The translations under genes were made by a program, and so were the position numbers. DNA of 55,151 bases, filler included, from Jimgerdemannia flammicorona (Eukaryota): NCBI GenBank assembly GCA_003990765.1. It is 3 parts of 3 records of this genome, joined end to end, with 100 filler letters (N's around TTAATTAATTAA, not from the genome) between each part and the next. Parts side by side here need not be neighbours in the genome. Positions count along the whole stretch, not along the records: positions 36,844 to 55,151 come from RBNJ01002241.1; 2 more parts are not named here. One strand, 5' to 3'. Below the pieces are notes generated by a model. It was given only the letters and a program-made list of their open reading frames with translations, was not told the DNA's origin and did not search any database. Positions 36,867 through 51,803 of the stretch are shown piece by piece. The stretch's first letter is position 1. Each line of letters opens with the position of its first letter.

Positions 36867-38345
36867 GTTCTCGCTGTTATCGCCTTCGCCCTGATCCTCC
36901 CCTTCCTGCGCCTGGGCCCCGATCTAGGCACCGATGACCCCCCCCTCTCAATTCTCGCGCGCCTAGCACGCGTCGACTTCCTAGGCACGACGATCTTGGT
37001 ATGCGCCATAATCGCTTTTCTCCTCGCAACGGTCTGGACGACTTCCGGCATGCGCGACTGGTCCTCGGGAGTCGTCATAGGACTCTATCACACAGCCGCC
37101 ATTTGCATCGCCCTCTTCTTTGTCATTGAGACCATGGCTGCTGTAGTCCCTATCATTCCATCGCATATCGTCGAGGAGAAAACAGTCATTGCCTTATGTC
37201 TTGTTGCCAGCTTGGTCGGGTTCGGGTGGAAAGGGTTCTTGGGACATGTGCCATTGCTCATGCAGGTGAGTCGGGCTGTCGGGCAATTTGGTGGCCTGGA
37301 AGACTGGATATACAAATACATACGTACTAATTACCCCGGCTCCCACATTCTTGTTCTCTCGCGAAAGGTGATCCATGGTGAGGATGCCGTCATGTCTAGC
37401 GTGCGCTTCATTCCGCTTCTAGCCGGCAACGTGGTTTGCAGCATCCTCGCCGCCACCACTGTCCACCGCCTTGGATTCCGGTTTTACCTTGCCTCAGGAC
37501 TGGCTCTCTTCACTATCAGCATCAGCCTGTCATCCACGCTCGATGCCACCTCGGGCATAGGACAGGAAGTTGCTTTTTTCCTCGAGTTCGGCGCGGGAAC
37601 TGGTGAGCGCTTGGCCATAGAGAGGGTTTGGTGGAGATGGATAGTAGCGGGCAATCACTGATGAGGATGTATTTTGAAACTTTGATGCTTAGGGTTCTTC
37701 TTGCCGACGCTGGTGATAGCCGCACAAGCGTTCGCCAGGGAAGCAGGTCGGTGTTTATTGGTTCTCAGCTTGCTCTCTCTGTATTCGGTACTTTTGTACT
37801 CGGTATTTATTCACTTCGCCTCTGAGCTTCCACCCACTCATCTGAGCCACTTTGTGTTATGTTTAGACATGGCGGTTGTCACAAATCTCATCATCTTCCT
37901 GATAAACCTGTCGAGTACCATCGGAGACGTAGTGTGGGACGGGGTAAATCTTTCTTGTCGCTCATTTTGCCGGGCTTGCATTTGCTCCCGTCACTGTATA
38001 TTTACCAACTATCGTATTCAATGCAGATCCTCTCCTCCCGGCTAGACAATATCCCCCTCACCACTCTCGTAAGCACCTTCTCCATTTCCGTTCGTTGCTT
38101 CCTTTATTTCCCTTGAAATCCTTCAACCAATCGCATATCCTTTACATATACCACAGCCCGCCTCCGACAAACAGCACGTCCTCAACTCCATCATCAAATT
38201 CTCCACCGAGGCAGAGAGGGCCGCCGTCGTCGCGGCCTTTGTCGAGTCCGCCCAGTTTTTTCTGCACGCCGCCATCCCGCTCGCCGCCGTCGCGTTCGTC
38301 GCCGCGTTTTGGGTCGAGGGGTACCGATTCTCTAGGAGGTCGTAG
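36867..38345 (+). CDS. MFS transporter (DHA2/14-TM drug:H+ antiporter-like), multi-exon, 5' part missing at gap
   Basis: LARVDFLGT..., WSSGVVIGL, PIIP, many hydrophobic helices and GT-AG introns. Last exon ...AFWVEGYRFSRRS* with stop at 38343-38345. Confidence 0.85.
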
Positions 38346-38687
38346 TTGAAGAGGACTAGTTTCCTGCGGGAAGGGCCGCCGTGGTGGGTCGGCGATGGGA
38401 TTTCGAGTCGGGACAATTGATACATTTGCTATTTATTCGCGATGTCGGTTTGATTCGGCATTTACGGTGTTTTTTCTTTTTTTCCTCCTGTACAGTTTTC
38501 ATTTCGAGCAACGACTCGTGCAATTGTAAATATGATGTTTTCAACTGCCTACGTAATAACAGACCACCAAGAGACATTAAGTGTCACGTCTTTGCGTCTC
38601 CATCGCATCGTACTGTGAAAGCGTGGGCATATAAATAAATTAACATAATAAATAATAAATTATTATCCGTTTCACAAGCGTTTTCTA

Positions 38688-38759
38688 GGACCTTTAGCTC
38701 AGTGGCAGAGCGGGCGACTGCAGATCGCCAGGTCATTGGTTCAACTCCGATAGGGTCCT
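38688..38759 (+). tRNA. tRNA-Cys(GCA), intronless
   Basis: Acceptor GGACCTT/AGGGTCC with U73 discriminator, D-arm TAGCTCAGTGGCAGAGC, anticodon arm GGCGA-CTGCAGA-TCGCC, T-loop GGTTCAACTCC, downstream T-run. Confidence 0.95.
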
Positions 38760-38839
38760 TCTTTTGTCGATTTTGGTACTTAAATCACATGACTATGTTC
38801 TACCGTCACCTTTTTGAGCTTGGATTGTTTTGTCGACAG

Positions 38840-39590
38840 GATCTGACGCCAGCTGGCGCTTCCCGAGCAATCTCCTCGACCGGATCTAGCTTCTTTGTTG
38901 GATGATAACAACTCTCATCCTCGATGGCAGACATTCCGAATTCGGTATCCGATTCTTGATGCGAGTTGAGCCTTCCTGGGAGCTAAATATCGATGTTACA
39001 ACGCTCGCTGTCCTGCGCCAATGCACCGTGTTGCAAAATATCTGTCTGTACAAAGTCAACCGTGCGCACACTTTGGATTCCATGCTGCCGTCGTGGCCAG
39101 ACCTGCGCAAATTAGGCTACATAATGGATCCTAATACATGTACAAAATTATTATCCTCGCCCTGAGTCTGGCCTGCTGGCATTCGACTTTTTGAAGCCCG
39201 AGGTCTTCAGCGCTACGCTGTGTTGCATACTACTGCCTGCACCTGAAGGAGTTCGAGGTTATTTTCACCATCTGACGACACCGTGTTGGAAACTTTGTCG
39301 TGGCACAAACGCGCGCCCCAGCATTTTTATCTGAATATCTGCATCGTAGGTGAGAGTATCAACGAAGATGCTTACGATGGTTGGCCCGAACTTCAAACGC
39401 TGTCAGTGCGTAGTAATCCTCAATTGTCCGCGGCGTTTGTCTAGAGCGTATTGTGCAGGTGTGAGAAGCTTCGGCAACTCACCCTCCCTTGCCATCTGGA
39501 GCGCGACCGACGCGTGACGAGTTCGATTGAGAGTTGTTGATTTCCGAAAATGTCGTTACGATTGGAAGAGGAACGATGCTTTGAGTAAAG
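38840..39590 (+). pseudogene. Degenerate RNI-like LRR (F-box/LRR type) gene fragment
   Basis: LRQCTVLQNI, WPDLRKL, YCLHLKEF, WPELQTLSVRSNPQLS and CRCEKLRQL, with frameshifts and an in-frame TAG. Confidence 0.5.
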
Positions 39591-41526
39591 AGCGTCTATC
39601 GGAGACTTGATTATATTGCATGGCGGACGGTTTAGAACTTATAAATTGGCCTTACTATACACATTATTCTGTACTTTGTCTGAAATTCCTCCCCAAAGAA
39701 CAATGGAAATTGAGGCATTTCGTTGGATGTCCAAAACGGGACGAACAGGAATAGTAACCTTGTATCTTCAGCATGTGTTTTCTCAAATAAGTCCGGAGAC
39801 ATATTTGCTATAAAGAAACAGATTGAGGCATTAAGTTTACACTTTTAAGAGAAAATAAAAGCTCCGCCCGATGATGATACAGGTTGCAAGTGAGACGGGG
39901 GTATATCAAGTTTCTTTCTCGCAACCGGCCAAAGAAGGTTGTTGTCCAAGGGTAATCAACTCAATCCGACCATGGCTACTACCAGTAATAAGCTCCCGGA
40001 ACTTCTTTTTTTTTGTGAAGCGAAGGAAGAGCTACAGTGTGATACAGACTGTGCTTCGACGTTCATAAATCCCCCCCCCGACACACAAGAGATGTACACT
40101 GGTACACTGGCCATCCGGTTGTGATGGCACGTGCTTCCCCTAACCCCCAACCCCCAACCCCCCCCCTACGACTCTGCTCACACCCCCTAGACCAGGCCAA
40201 ACACCTGGATCAAGACACAATGAGATGGGTGTTCTGGCAAGCTACGCGAAAGGTACACATTGTTTTTTTTTTTTTTTAGCTTCGAAAAGGTGCTCATTAA
40301 ACTTAAAATACAGACACAATCTCATTTGGGATGGTTGACATCACCTCACCCAAATGTTTACTTTTTTCAAGATTGTACACGTGCGGTGTGGTATGACTTG
40401 GTGTGATATGATGCGTATGCGATGACACGCATAGAGAGAACTTCACCACCGACACGACTGACTTCCCTTTTAAAAGGCTCCAAACTGGTTTGCATTCGGC
40501 CGGAACCCAATTCGCCGTCCCCTTATGAACCTGCCCTTCCCCCAACGATCTGATGGTTGCAATGTTTCAGAACCTTTTGAGTGGAGTAGAGTACGGTAAG
40601 TGAGATTCCCATTCACACGGTATACAATGTTATAGGTGCACATCTGTCTTTAGAAGTACATAATTGAGCAGTGCGGCTTGGATCCATTCGCTGTGATGTG
40701 GGATTTGAGAAGTTTTCGTGCCTGAGAAGCTTTGGATTACGATCTCCAACCAGGCTAAGTGCCTTGTTAAGGTTAAAATACCTCTGGTGACTTGGTATGA
40801 CTCAAAAAACAGGAAGAAAGTAACTTTTAAAAAGTGGTCACCTCATGACTTCGCCACACTGTCCGTCATACATCGATATTCTGATTCCTAGATCCTAGGA
40901 CTCTTGGATGACTGCGGAAAAAGATTCTTCCGAATCATTGGACTGCTTATATTGGCATGCCTATGTTTCGGAGTCAATGAAAATAAATCTTAAACCTTCT
41001 CCGGAAACATTAAACCTTCTCCGGAAACAACATTGACACTGGTTTACTGTGCACAATAGGTATGTGTTTCCTAAAAGACTTGGCACGATCGACGAGCTGC
41101 AAGTTATGCCACTTTTAAAACCAAAAAGAACATCACCACGTGGCCTTTGTGCATTTTCAGAATATGGTCGTTGCCCCAATGTGTCCACGCAGTAGGGGGT
41201 GGCCAGGCTTGGGCGTAGAATGCGTGACAAGGAACTTCTTTCGGGAAAGGATCCATATGGGGATATGTCATGGTCATCTGATCGGTGGCGTCACATGAAA
41301 GTGTCCATAAAGTCCAAGTCAAAAGCATGCGCCATCCTGCCCTTCCATCGGACCAGAGCGAGGAGAAAGGAACAACAGAACAGAGCACCCATGCCTTTCT
41401 AGCATATCGAAAAGACATTAGTGAGCACGGCGACGAGACGAGACGAATGCCAATAAAAGGTCCGACTAAACCCACCGCTGAAACGAACCACATACCACTC
41501 CAATATCGTAGCCCGAGCAGCCAACT

Positions 41527-42312
41527 ATGCCCTCTCCTGCTGGCCCAGATTCCCCAGCCTCCGAAGACGACCAAAGCGTAGCTGCCATAGCTGGCGCCCC
41601 TACTCTCCCCATCCCGCCCTCATCCACGACCTCGGATACCACTTTCTCTCCGGGACTGCAGAATGAACTGGAACGGGCGTACGCGCAGACCTCACGCCGC
41701 GGTGTGTGGGCTCTGAACACGTTGCTAGCGCTGACGATCGTGGCGTACGTCGGGTGTTATCTGCTGGCGAACTTTGGCGAATCATTCCACTTCGTCTTTT
41801 TCTTTGGTATCCTCGTCGAGGTCGCCGCCCTTGTCCGCTGGCGCCAGCTACGTGGACTCTCCGGGCATGACTACTTCGACCCGATGGCCGCTCGCACCGT
41901 TGGCGCGGCTAGGAGGGCAGCTGCGAGGAGGAGGGCTGCCGATGAGGAGATTGGGATTCATGATGGTGTCGCGTTGCCCATGTATCGCGTTGAGGCTGGG
42001 CCTGACGAGCAGTGCTTCCCGGATATCGAGATGCCGCCGCCGAATTATAACGGCGGCGCGGAGGGTGACGAGAGGGGAGGGGCAAGTGCTGAACGCACGA
42101 GGGAAGAAGAAAGTAGGGAAACGCGGACAGCGGTCGCGGGACCGCCGCCGGAGTATTGGGTTGCGATTGCAGGGCTCACGGAGGGTGAGGGAGATAACGA
42201 GGGGGCGGACGAGCTCCGGCGGGGGTCGGTAATCAGTGCGCCGGACAGCGCCATCGTCATGGACATGCCTTCCGAATCCGAATCCGAGCGGGGAGAGCGC
42301 CTGAGCTCATGA
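41527..42312 (+). CDS. Hypothetical two-TM membrane protein with PY motifs (261 aa, intronless)
   Basis: Clean ATG-TGA ORF with GC-rich codon usage. Two hydrophobic helices, then LPMY, PPPNY and PPPEY in an acidic tail. Confidence 0.75.
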   Translation: MPSPAGPDSPASEDDQSVAAIAGAPTLPIPPSSTTSDTTFSPGLQNELERAYAQTSRRGVWALNTLLALTIVAYVGCYLLANFGESFHFVFFFGILVEVAALVRWRQLRGLSGHDYFDPMAARTVGAARRAAARRRAADEEIGIHDGVALPMYRVEAGPDEQCFPDIEMPPPNYNGGAEGDERGGASAERTREEESRETRTAVAGPPPEYWVAIAGLTEGEGDNEGADELRRGSVISAPDSAIVMDMPSESESERGERLSS

Positions 42313-42730
42313 GCCCTTTTGCTCCTTTTTGTCCTCTTTCTGTATTATCCGTCATAATTCTTATAGACACTCAAAAAAATCCTAGCCCAATCCCATCTCA
42401 TCCCTCTACATGTATTCGTGTTTGAATGCTGATCGATTGTACCATACATCATATCTCTATATAACCGTTTACCTGAACGAATTCATAATTATTCTCTTTT
42501 CTCACCGTGTAATTAGAACCTGTTGTACGTCATGTCCACACGCGCAATTATTCAAGTAATGCTGATAATAAATTTCTCGCCCTCCATCTCTCCCCCACAA
42601 CACTGGCCTTCAACAGACCTGCTAACAACGATAGCTTCGACATCACCCCATTTCCATCCTCCCTAATCAAAATTATTCCATTTTATTGTTTTACACGTGC
42701 CGCTCATCACTCGTCGCACCCTCGACACAA

Positions 42731-45255
<2,525 letters not shown>

Positions 45256-47637
45256 GGTCGTAGCGAAAGTTCGTCCGCTGAAAAAGAACGCATGTCACGT
45301 GGAGCTCAGCCACGTTATGATTTATACATATTGTGTCGATCAATTGCCAAACTCCGGGTGCCACTTACTAGAAATAGATCTATACCCCCGCGGCGTGGGA
45401 GGCGATTGTCACTAATGCTCGAACAATAATGCTATATAATTTATTGACTTTATTCTATATTTATATTATTTTACATAATTATATATCGATCGGATAGGGC
45501 TTGGCAACCTCATTTTAGGGGTGAGTGGAATGGATACAAAGTGATGCGAGGCAAATAGCATCATAATCGTCTCATTCTTTTATCTGTATATACAACAAAC
45601 CAGCCGTGCTCCTCTCCATGATAACCGCAAACCTGCCCGAATCGGAAGTAACCGTGAGCAGGGGCTCAGACGCACGTATACCGAAGCATGTACCAAGAGC
45701 CCTTGACGTAATGAAACTAGGTAGATTGGGACGATCGCACCCGCATCTTGATTATCGTGGCCTTATTCTCACGACATGCCAGCTGCACCGTAGGTAATTT
45801 AGGTACTAAGTAGAAACACAGCTGGATTTCCCTCGTACCATTGATTTTCACAGGCACGAACGTCGGAGTCGGACGCGCCGCGCATGCATGATGTTTTGTT
45901 GCGACGCCTTTTTCAACAAGGTTTAAGGGACTGTGCTGGCGCGCCGGGCTTGGACCTTCCTCTGTCGAGTAATTCCATGAACATCAAGTACCTATTATAG
46001 TACATATTTGAACTTGTCAACAAATGCAAATAAAGATTATGAAATGCTTTGGGGTACTAATAACTTTAAGTCGATGAGTTTGGGGAGGGGGAGGGGGGGG
46101 GGGGGTGATCAGTTTATTGCTTAGATGGAAGCTGTCAAAATCCAAATTACTATGCGATTTTGCTGACCAAATCAATCCACCACTAGAAGGTTTCCCAAAC
46201 CTCTTAAAATCCTGTTAGACCCAGATCTGGTTTCAGGCGGGCCCTAGACAAATAAAAATAAAAACACTTTGAGCAATTTGAGTCAACCTAAAATCTCTTT
46301 TGCATCCAGCGAAACATGCCTGTCATTGTCTTCGAAAGGCTTTTTTTAGAACGGCTCTTTAGAACGGCTCTAACGTTGAAGACTTTTTATTGGTGGCCAA
46401 GTCGGCTTTCCGTTGTCTAAATCCTATTATTCGGATTAATCTGCGACAATGTTTCGGCTGTTTTAATCACCGTCAGCCTGATCATTGTGCAGGTTTGTTT
46501 GTTTATCTATATAATATTATGACTAAACATTCAACACCAAACTTTCTTATGGATAAGTAGGTTCAGGACATACAATTTGCCTTCGGATAGGTGCTCCGCG
46601 TATCCTCAAATCCCTTCAACACGCAGCAATCTGCTGCTTACGTTTCACGATTCTTTGTCTCGAGGATCGTCTGTGCATCACGGAGTGCATCCGCGACTCA
46701 TCATCTTAGCCAGCGCAGTGCCATCCAATTTCCCGGGTCCCACGCGAATATTTTTGGTCAGGCAGCGCCACGCGTTTCAAGGAAGATCGACGTGTGAGCG
46801 TTAACGCAGCCAGTAATTGAGCCGCGCGGCTCTCGATCTGAGCTACATCGGCTCGTGCGAGGATGTCGGGGATCGGTGCCAGGCAATCGAGGTGGATGAC
46901 ATGCCTTCCATAACGTCGAGGATTGGATAAATCGGGCAACCTTTAGGCCTTCGGGTGCGTGGTGACGTACGACCCGTGCACGAAGGAGGAGAGCCTCCTC
47001 GTTGGATTGAAATTATGTGATCCCGATCTCTGACCCAACCTTGCTTGAAATTAATCCGATCCAGGCGAATCCTGATCGTGGCTGACCACATGGAAGCCCC
47101 AGATAAGTAAGGATCGGCCCAGATGCCTGGTCTGGGCCTTATTGCTCTACGGTGTCTTTGTTCGAAAATTATCGAAGTTTCTGTCTGTCCCATCATTCGC
47201 CACGCGACATTAACACTTTAGCAGAAATTCGTTATTGGCGAAGCGATTCTCACATGGCAGCGTCTCAGTTAGGGGCTGAGTTCTTTTAGCATTAGCGATC
47301 GCTCGCCTTTTGTTCCGAGATCCTCTGCATGCAGGTTCCCTAAGCAGCATGATGCAGGTGGATGGTGCTGTGCAACCAGTACTCCAAAAATTTCAACCCT
47401 CCAATAAGCTTTTGTGGAAGCAAATACCTCGATTTGGCCCAAACCTCCATTTCGCATCATCCATATATCTTGAGTGTGTGCTTGCCAAATAGCTCGTTGG
47501 TTCGTCCGTCTCCTCATCATTCTCGGTAAACTAACGACCCCCCTCCCCCTCCGCCCTCCTCCTCTCTCTCCCTCTGCTCTCTTTCCTCCCAACCCGACCG
47601 CTCAAGCGAAGACAAATCACGCCTATAACGACAAGAC

Positions 47638-49276
47638 ATGACCATCGCCTCCCTCGACACGACCCCCGCCTCCGACGCGACCGTCAACCACGTCAACCAC
47701 GCCCCTCGTCATCCACATGCCCGGCCAGTGGGCAGCGATTCGTACATATGGATAGACGGACGCGGTTTCCCGAAGACCGGCAATCCAAAGTACCTCTTGC
47801 CAAACGATGATATAGAGTGCCAAAGGCTCACCACCCAGCACTATATATTGGGGTTAGTTTGCGGTCACTTACGAGGGATTCTCGTCACTTTTGTGTAAAT
47901 GATCCGAACGCTAATAATTTCGGAACCTTTGTTTACATGCCCGATACATGAATGCATTCTTCTCCGAATAGTCGTGTCATAAAAAGGTATGTATGTTCAT
48001 ACGAAGTACTTGATTGAACGAATAAAATTATATCGTCCGCTCAATTGTCTCCGTCTACTCTCCATAGTCCTTACCGAGCCCCAATCACCGAGGCCCTTGA
48101 GAAAGGTATTAAAGTGCTTAATGTCGGGTAAGCATTAGCCCCACATGTTCTTAGTATTCCTTTATCGTCCAACGAGAGGCCGAACCTTCTTTCCGATTGA
48201 TTGACTCCCAGCTCCTTACCTTCCACACAGGTGCGGACCAGGTGCATGGAGCAAGGTGAGTCTTTTCCCAAATTGTCAACGACATCCCGAAACACAGTCA
48301 TACTAAATGCACCGTACGAACCAACTCCTTGCAGGAGCTCGCGGTGAGGTTCCCATTCTCGACCTTCGTGGCCACTGACATTGCGGACGTGTTCAACGCC
48401 ACCGGGTCCCCGCCGAATGTCACCTTTATCGTCGCCGACACCTTCAAGCTTCCCTTTGAGGATGAGTCATTCGACTATGTCTTCCAGCGGTTTCACTGCT
48501 TATGTTTCACCGAGGCCGCATGGCCTACCATCATTAGGGAACTCATGCGCGTCACGAAGCCAGGTGGAACCTTGGAGCTAGGTACACTACCTTGCAGATT
48601 GGTTATTCTCTTGTCTTCTCCATACTTGTTGAGGTGGCAGTTGATTGAGGGTGTTGAAATCTTCTGTCGTTTGCTTGTAGTTGAAATATCATGCACGATT
48701 CACGATGCCGGGCCAGTGACGACGACGTACTTTGAGAAGCGTATGTAACTCACCTCTTTATTATTTTGGAAGGTAAACAAAAGCCAACTGGGTCGACTAA
48801 GATCTAACGCTTTTCGACGTTGCCAAACCTTACAGTCCGCATGACGATGCTCATGCGCGGCGTGAACTCCAACTATGCGCCATTGCTTGGTGGCACCATG
48901 ACCTCGGAAGGGCTCGAGAACGTCAAACACGAGCAAGTGAAATGGAATATTGGCTGGGGACATCCAGAGCTCGGCAGACTCACTACAGAGGTAAGGGTCA
49001 GAAAGGGACGAGGAATGAGAAGCGGTGATTGGGGGTTGGCCAAGCCGACTAGCTGACTCAACACGTTGAAACACCCATCCTTCTTAGAACACGGCCGCCA
49101 CCTTCGGCGGTCTGAAGCCGCAGATGCTGCTAGTGTTGGGGCTGGATGAGGAGGAGTACGACCAGACTGTCAGGGAGGCGATCAAGGAGTTGAGCGGAGC
49201 GTACCCGAGCTACTGGACCATCGAGTGCTTCCACGGCACGAAGCCGGATCCGGACTGCGATGCGCCTGAGCGGTAG
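47638..49276 (+). CDS. Class I SAM-dependent methyltransferase (LaeA-like/Methyltransf_25 type), multi-exon
   Basis: YLLPNDDIECQRLTTQHY, VLNVG|CGPGAW, LPFEDESFDYVFQR and RELMRVTKPGG. GT-AG introns. Stop TAG at 49274-49276. Confidence 0.9.
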
Positions 49277-49303
49277 AACTTGGAATAATGGAGTCGATGT
49301 AGT

Positions 49304-49337
49304 GATGGGATGGATGGATGGATGGATGGATGGATGA
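49304..49337 (+). repeat. (ATGG)n microsatellite in 3' UTR
   Basis: gatgggatggatggatggatggatggatggatga. Confidence 0.9.
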
Positions 49338-50047
49338 TTGGATTGGTGCGTGTTCATTCGTGAGAGCAATGTGAACACTTATTTCGGGCGCTATAGCGGC
49401 CGGCACTTTGGGAGTGTCTAGATCCGTTTGGTCACCGCTGAGTAAAAAGTAATTCTCTCCCAACTAATTAAACAATGTTCATGTTACGGAGAACAGGGTG
49501 CACCTCACCTACCGCAGTTCTATTCTCTTATGTAGTCAAAACTGGATTTTGTATTTTGGAGATCCTCAATTCAGAGGTCCTTCAATATGGAGGGTAAATG
49601 ATGGTATAGATGTCGGAGCTAATGGGTACTGGCTGCAACTCGGGATGGACGAGACGGGTTTTGTATTCGGGTAACATAGCGCAACAGTATTTCGTCGGCA
49701 TCGGTATCCATATTCACTTTACCTTGTTTTAAAACATGACTAACTATGCGTATGTCTAGTTCGTATATATGAATATTAGTTTCCTGCCCTTCGTATACTC
49801 TATTTTATTATTTAAGTAATAATAAAATAGGATCTTTTTAATTTAGGAGCACGCACTTTTCATTTGAGTTCGGTGGGCCTAGCGGGATTTGACCTCGTCA
49901 ACGTTCCAACATCAATTGGATTGGATGGAGGATTCGCAGAGTTTATGTGGCTGGTAAACTTAGTTTCAATCTTCGGGACCCTATTCCATCGAAGTGCATC
50001 AAAAATACAGATTCAAACGACACACGAGGACGTCGCTGTAACCCCAA

Positions 50048-50710
50048 TCATCTCCTCGCCCCTACCACCTTCACCGCTGCCACCGCGACAGCCATGCCCG
50101 CCGCGAACCCGGTGACGAACGGCACGCTCTGGCGCCACCATGTCGCATACGACGAAGAGGCGGCGGCGCCCTTGCCCGGCAGTCCGTCGAGGGAGAATGA
50201 GTTCTTATCCACCCAGTAATCCTCCATGCATGTATTCTTGGCCCAGTCGAGCAGGGTGGACCTCTGCTCCTTGAACTCGTAGAGAGGGACGCCGAACCCG
50301 CAGCTCTGCCCGACGCGATGGACGTCGCCGACGATAACAGAGCGCGGGCTCTTGTGGCCCCGGAGCTCCGGGAACTCGCGCTCGGCCAGGGCCTCGTATT
50401 CGGGCGAGCCGCGCTCGTGGACGACGGCGGTGGTCCAGAGACGGATGATGCGCGGCGGGCCGTCGAAGGCGGAAAACATGAACGTCAAACGCCCGTTCTC
50501 CTTCACGTGGCTGATCGTCTCCACCCCACTGCCCGTCAGGTCCAGGTAGCAGACCTGCCTCGATGACAGGATGCGGAAGGCGTCGTAGCCCTTGGGTGAG
50601 ACGTTGACGTGGCCCTTGCCGGTCAGGGGCGCCGTGGCCACGAAGAAAAGCTTCTGCTGCTTGATCCACTCTTGGTGCGATTGGCTGATCTCCTCGTAGA
50701 AGGTCACCAT
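50048..50710 (-). CDS. Pyridoxamine 5'-phosphate oxidase-related FMN-binding split-barrel protein (220 aa, intronless)
   Basis: FFVATAP...HVNVSPKG...YLDLTGSGVETISH..ENGRLTFMFSAF.GPPRIIRL...SCGFGVP...SLDGLPG. C-terminal hydrophobic helix. Confidence 0.92.
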   Translation of the reverse strand: MVTFYEEISQSHQEWIKQQKLFFVATAPLTGKGHVNVSPKGYDAFRILSSRQVCYLDLTGSGVETISHVKENGRLTFMFSAFDGPPRIIRLWTTAVVHERGSPEYEALAEREFPELRGHKSPRSVIVGDVHRVGQSCGFGVPLYEFKEQRSTLLDWAKNTCMEDYWVDKNSFSLDGLPGKGAAASSSYATWWRQSVPFVTGFAAGMAVAVAAVKVVGARR

Positions 50711-51667
50711 GATTGCGCGGGCGGGGAAGGGAAGGGAAGGTGAGAAGAAATACCAAAGGATGAGCTCTGTCAGTGGGTCAAATTTTCAAATTTTTTGATT
50801 TTGTCTTTTGACGTCATTCAATATCGATGGATATGAGTCAACCTGAGAAGCCGCAGACATCTTTGAAAAATAAATATTTTATGGTAGATAAAATCACCTC
50901 GCCATTTGCGGGTAGTCCGCCTTTAGGAAAGAGTTATGGTGGCGGTGAGTCAGTCTGACATGTCGCATCCTTGACGAAGGAAAGCCGTGCAACATTAAAA
51001 CGGCTCCAGGCTGCAACACAACCTAATCGCAATCACTTCCAATGCAACTTCTTAATCCCTCTCGTGCCTCTTAGCTCCTGCCAAAACCGCGTGGAATTCG
51101 CTTTCAAGCGCACGATTCCCTGCAATGTTCTTGACTCTGGTGCTACCAATTCCCCTCACGTGGTCACGTAAACTCAACTGGATGCTGCGGCTTCTTGTGC
51201 AATCTGCAAAAAGCGCTTGGCCAACGAAGTCTCAGTATATTGAATAAGACCCAACACTGGCTCTCGTATTTCTATCCTCCTGTATGTTTGATTCCCACTA
51301 ACTCTAATCTCATTCAAAGTCTGGCCCTCAAACTGTACACTTGATCTACTTCGAGCACGTTCGTGGTTAGATTTTTCGTGCCACTGGCTAACATCTTGAT
51401 ATTTGGAAGCTCGATAGATACCTCCTGGATGAATATTTTATACAGCGTCGTGTAGTGTAATGTTGTATCCAGAAAGAGAGGCCTCGCTATCGACAAGTAG
51501 CCACGAGTCATCTCCGCGTATCATGTTACCTCGTCCCTATAACCTTCACAGCTGACATGCTCTACTAACTGGTTAATAAATATTTACATTACAACGACGT
51601 CACGATCGATGGAACGAAAATACAAAAGAGGAGGATTAGAGATATTACAGTTCAAAATTACCGCCAG

Positions 51668-51675
51668 AAAAGAAC

Positions 51676-51717
<42 letters not shown>

Positions 51718-51734
51718 AAAAAAAAAAAAAAAAA

Positions 51735-51778
<44 letters not shown>
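51668..51778. repeat. Long imperfect poly(A) tract just downstream of the GTPase stop
   Basis: About 110 nt, nearly all A. Confidence 0.9.
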
Positions 51779-51780
<2 letters not shown>

Positions 51781-51803
51781 ATAACCAATATAAGCATACC
51801 AAA

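Noticed and set aside
46577..47592. Several 68-117 aa ORFs between RCM1 and the methyltransferase
   Set aside because: No recognisable motifs, consistent codon bias or splice structure.
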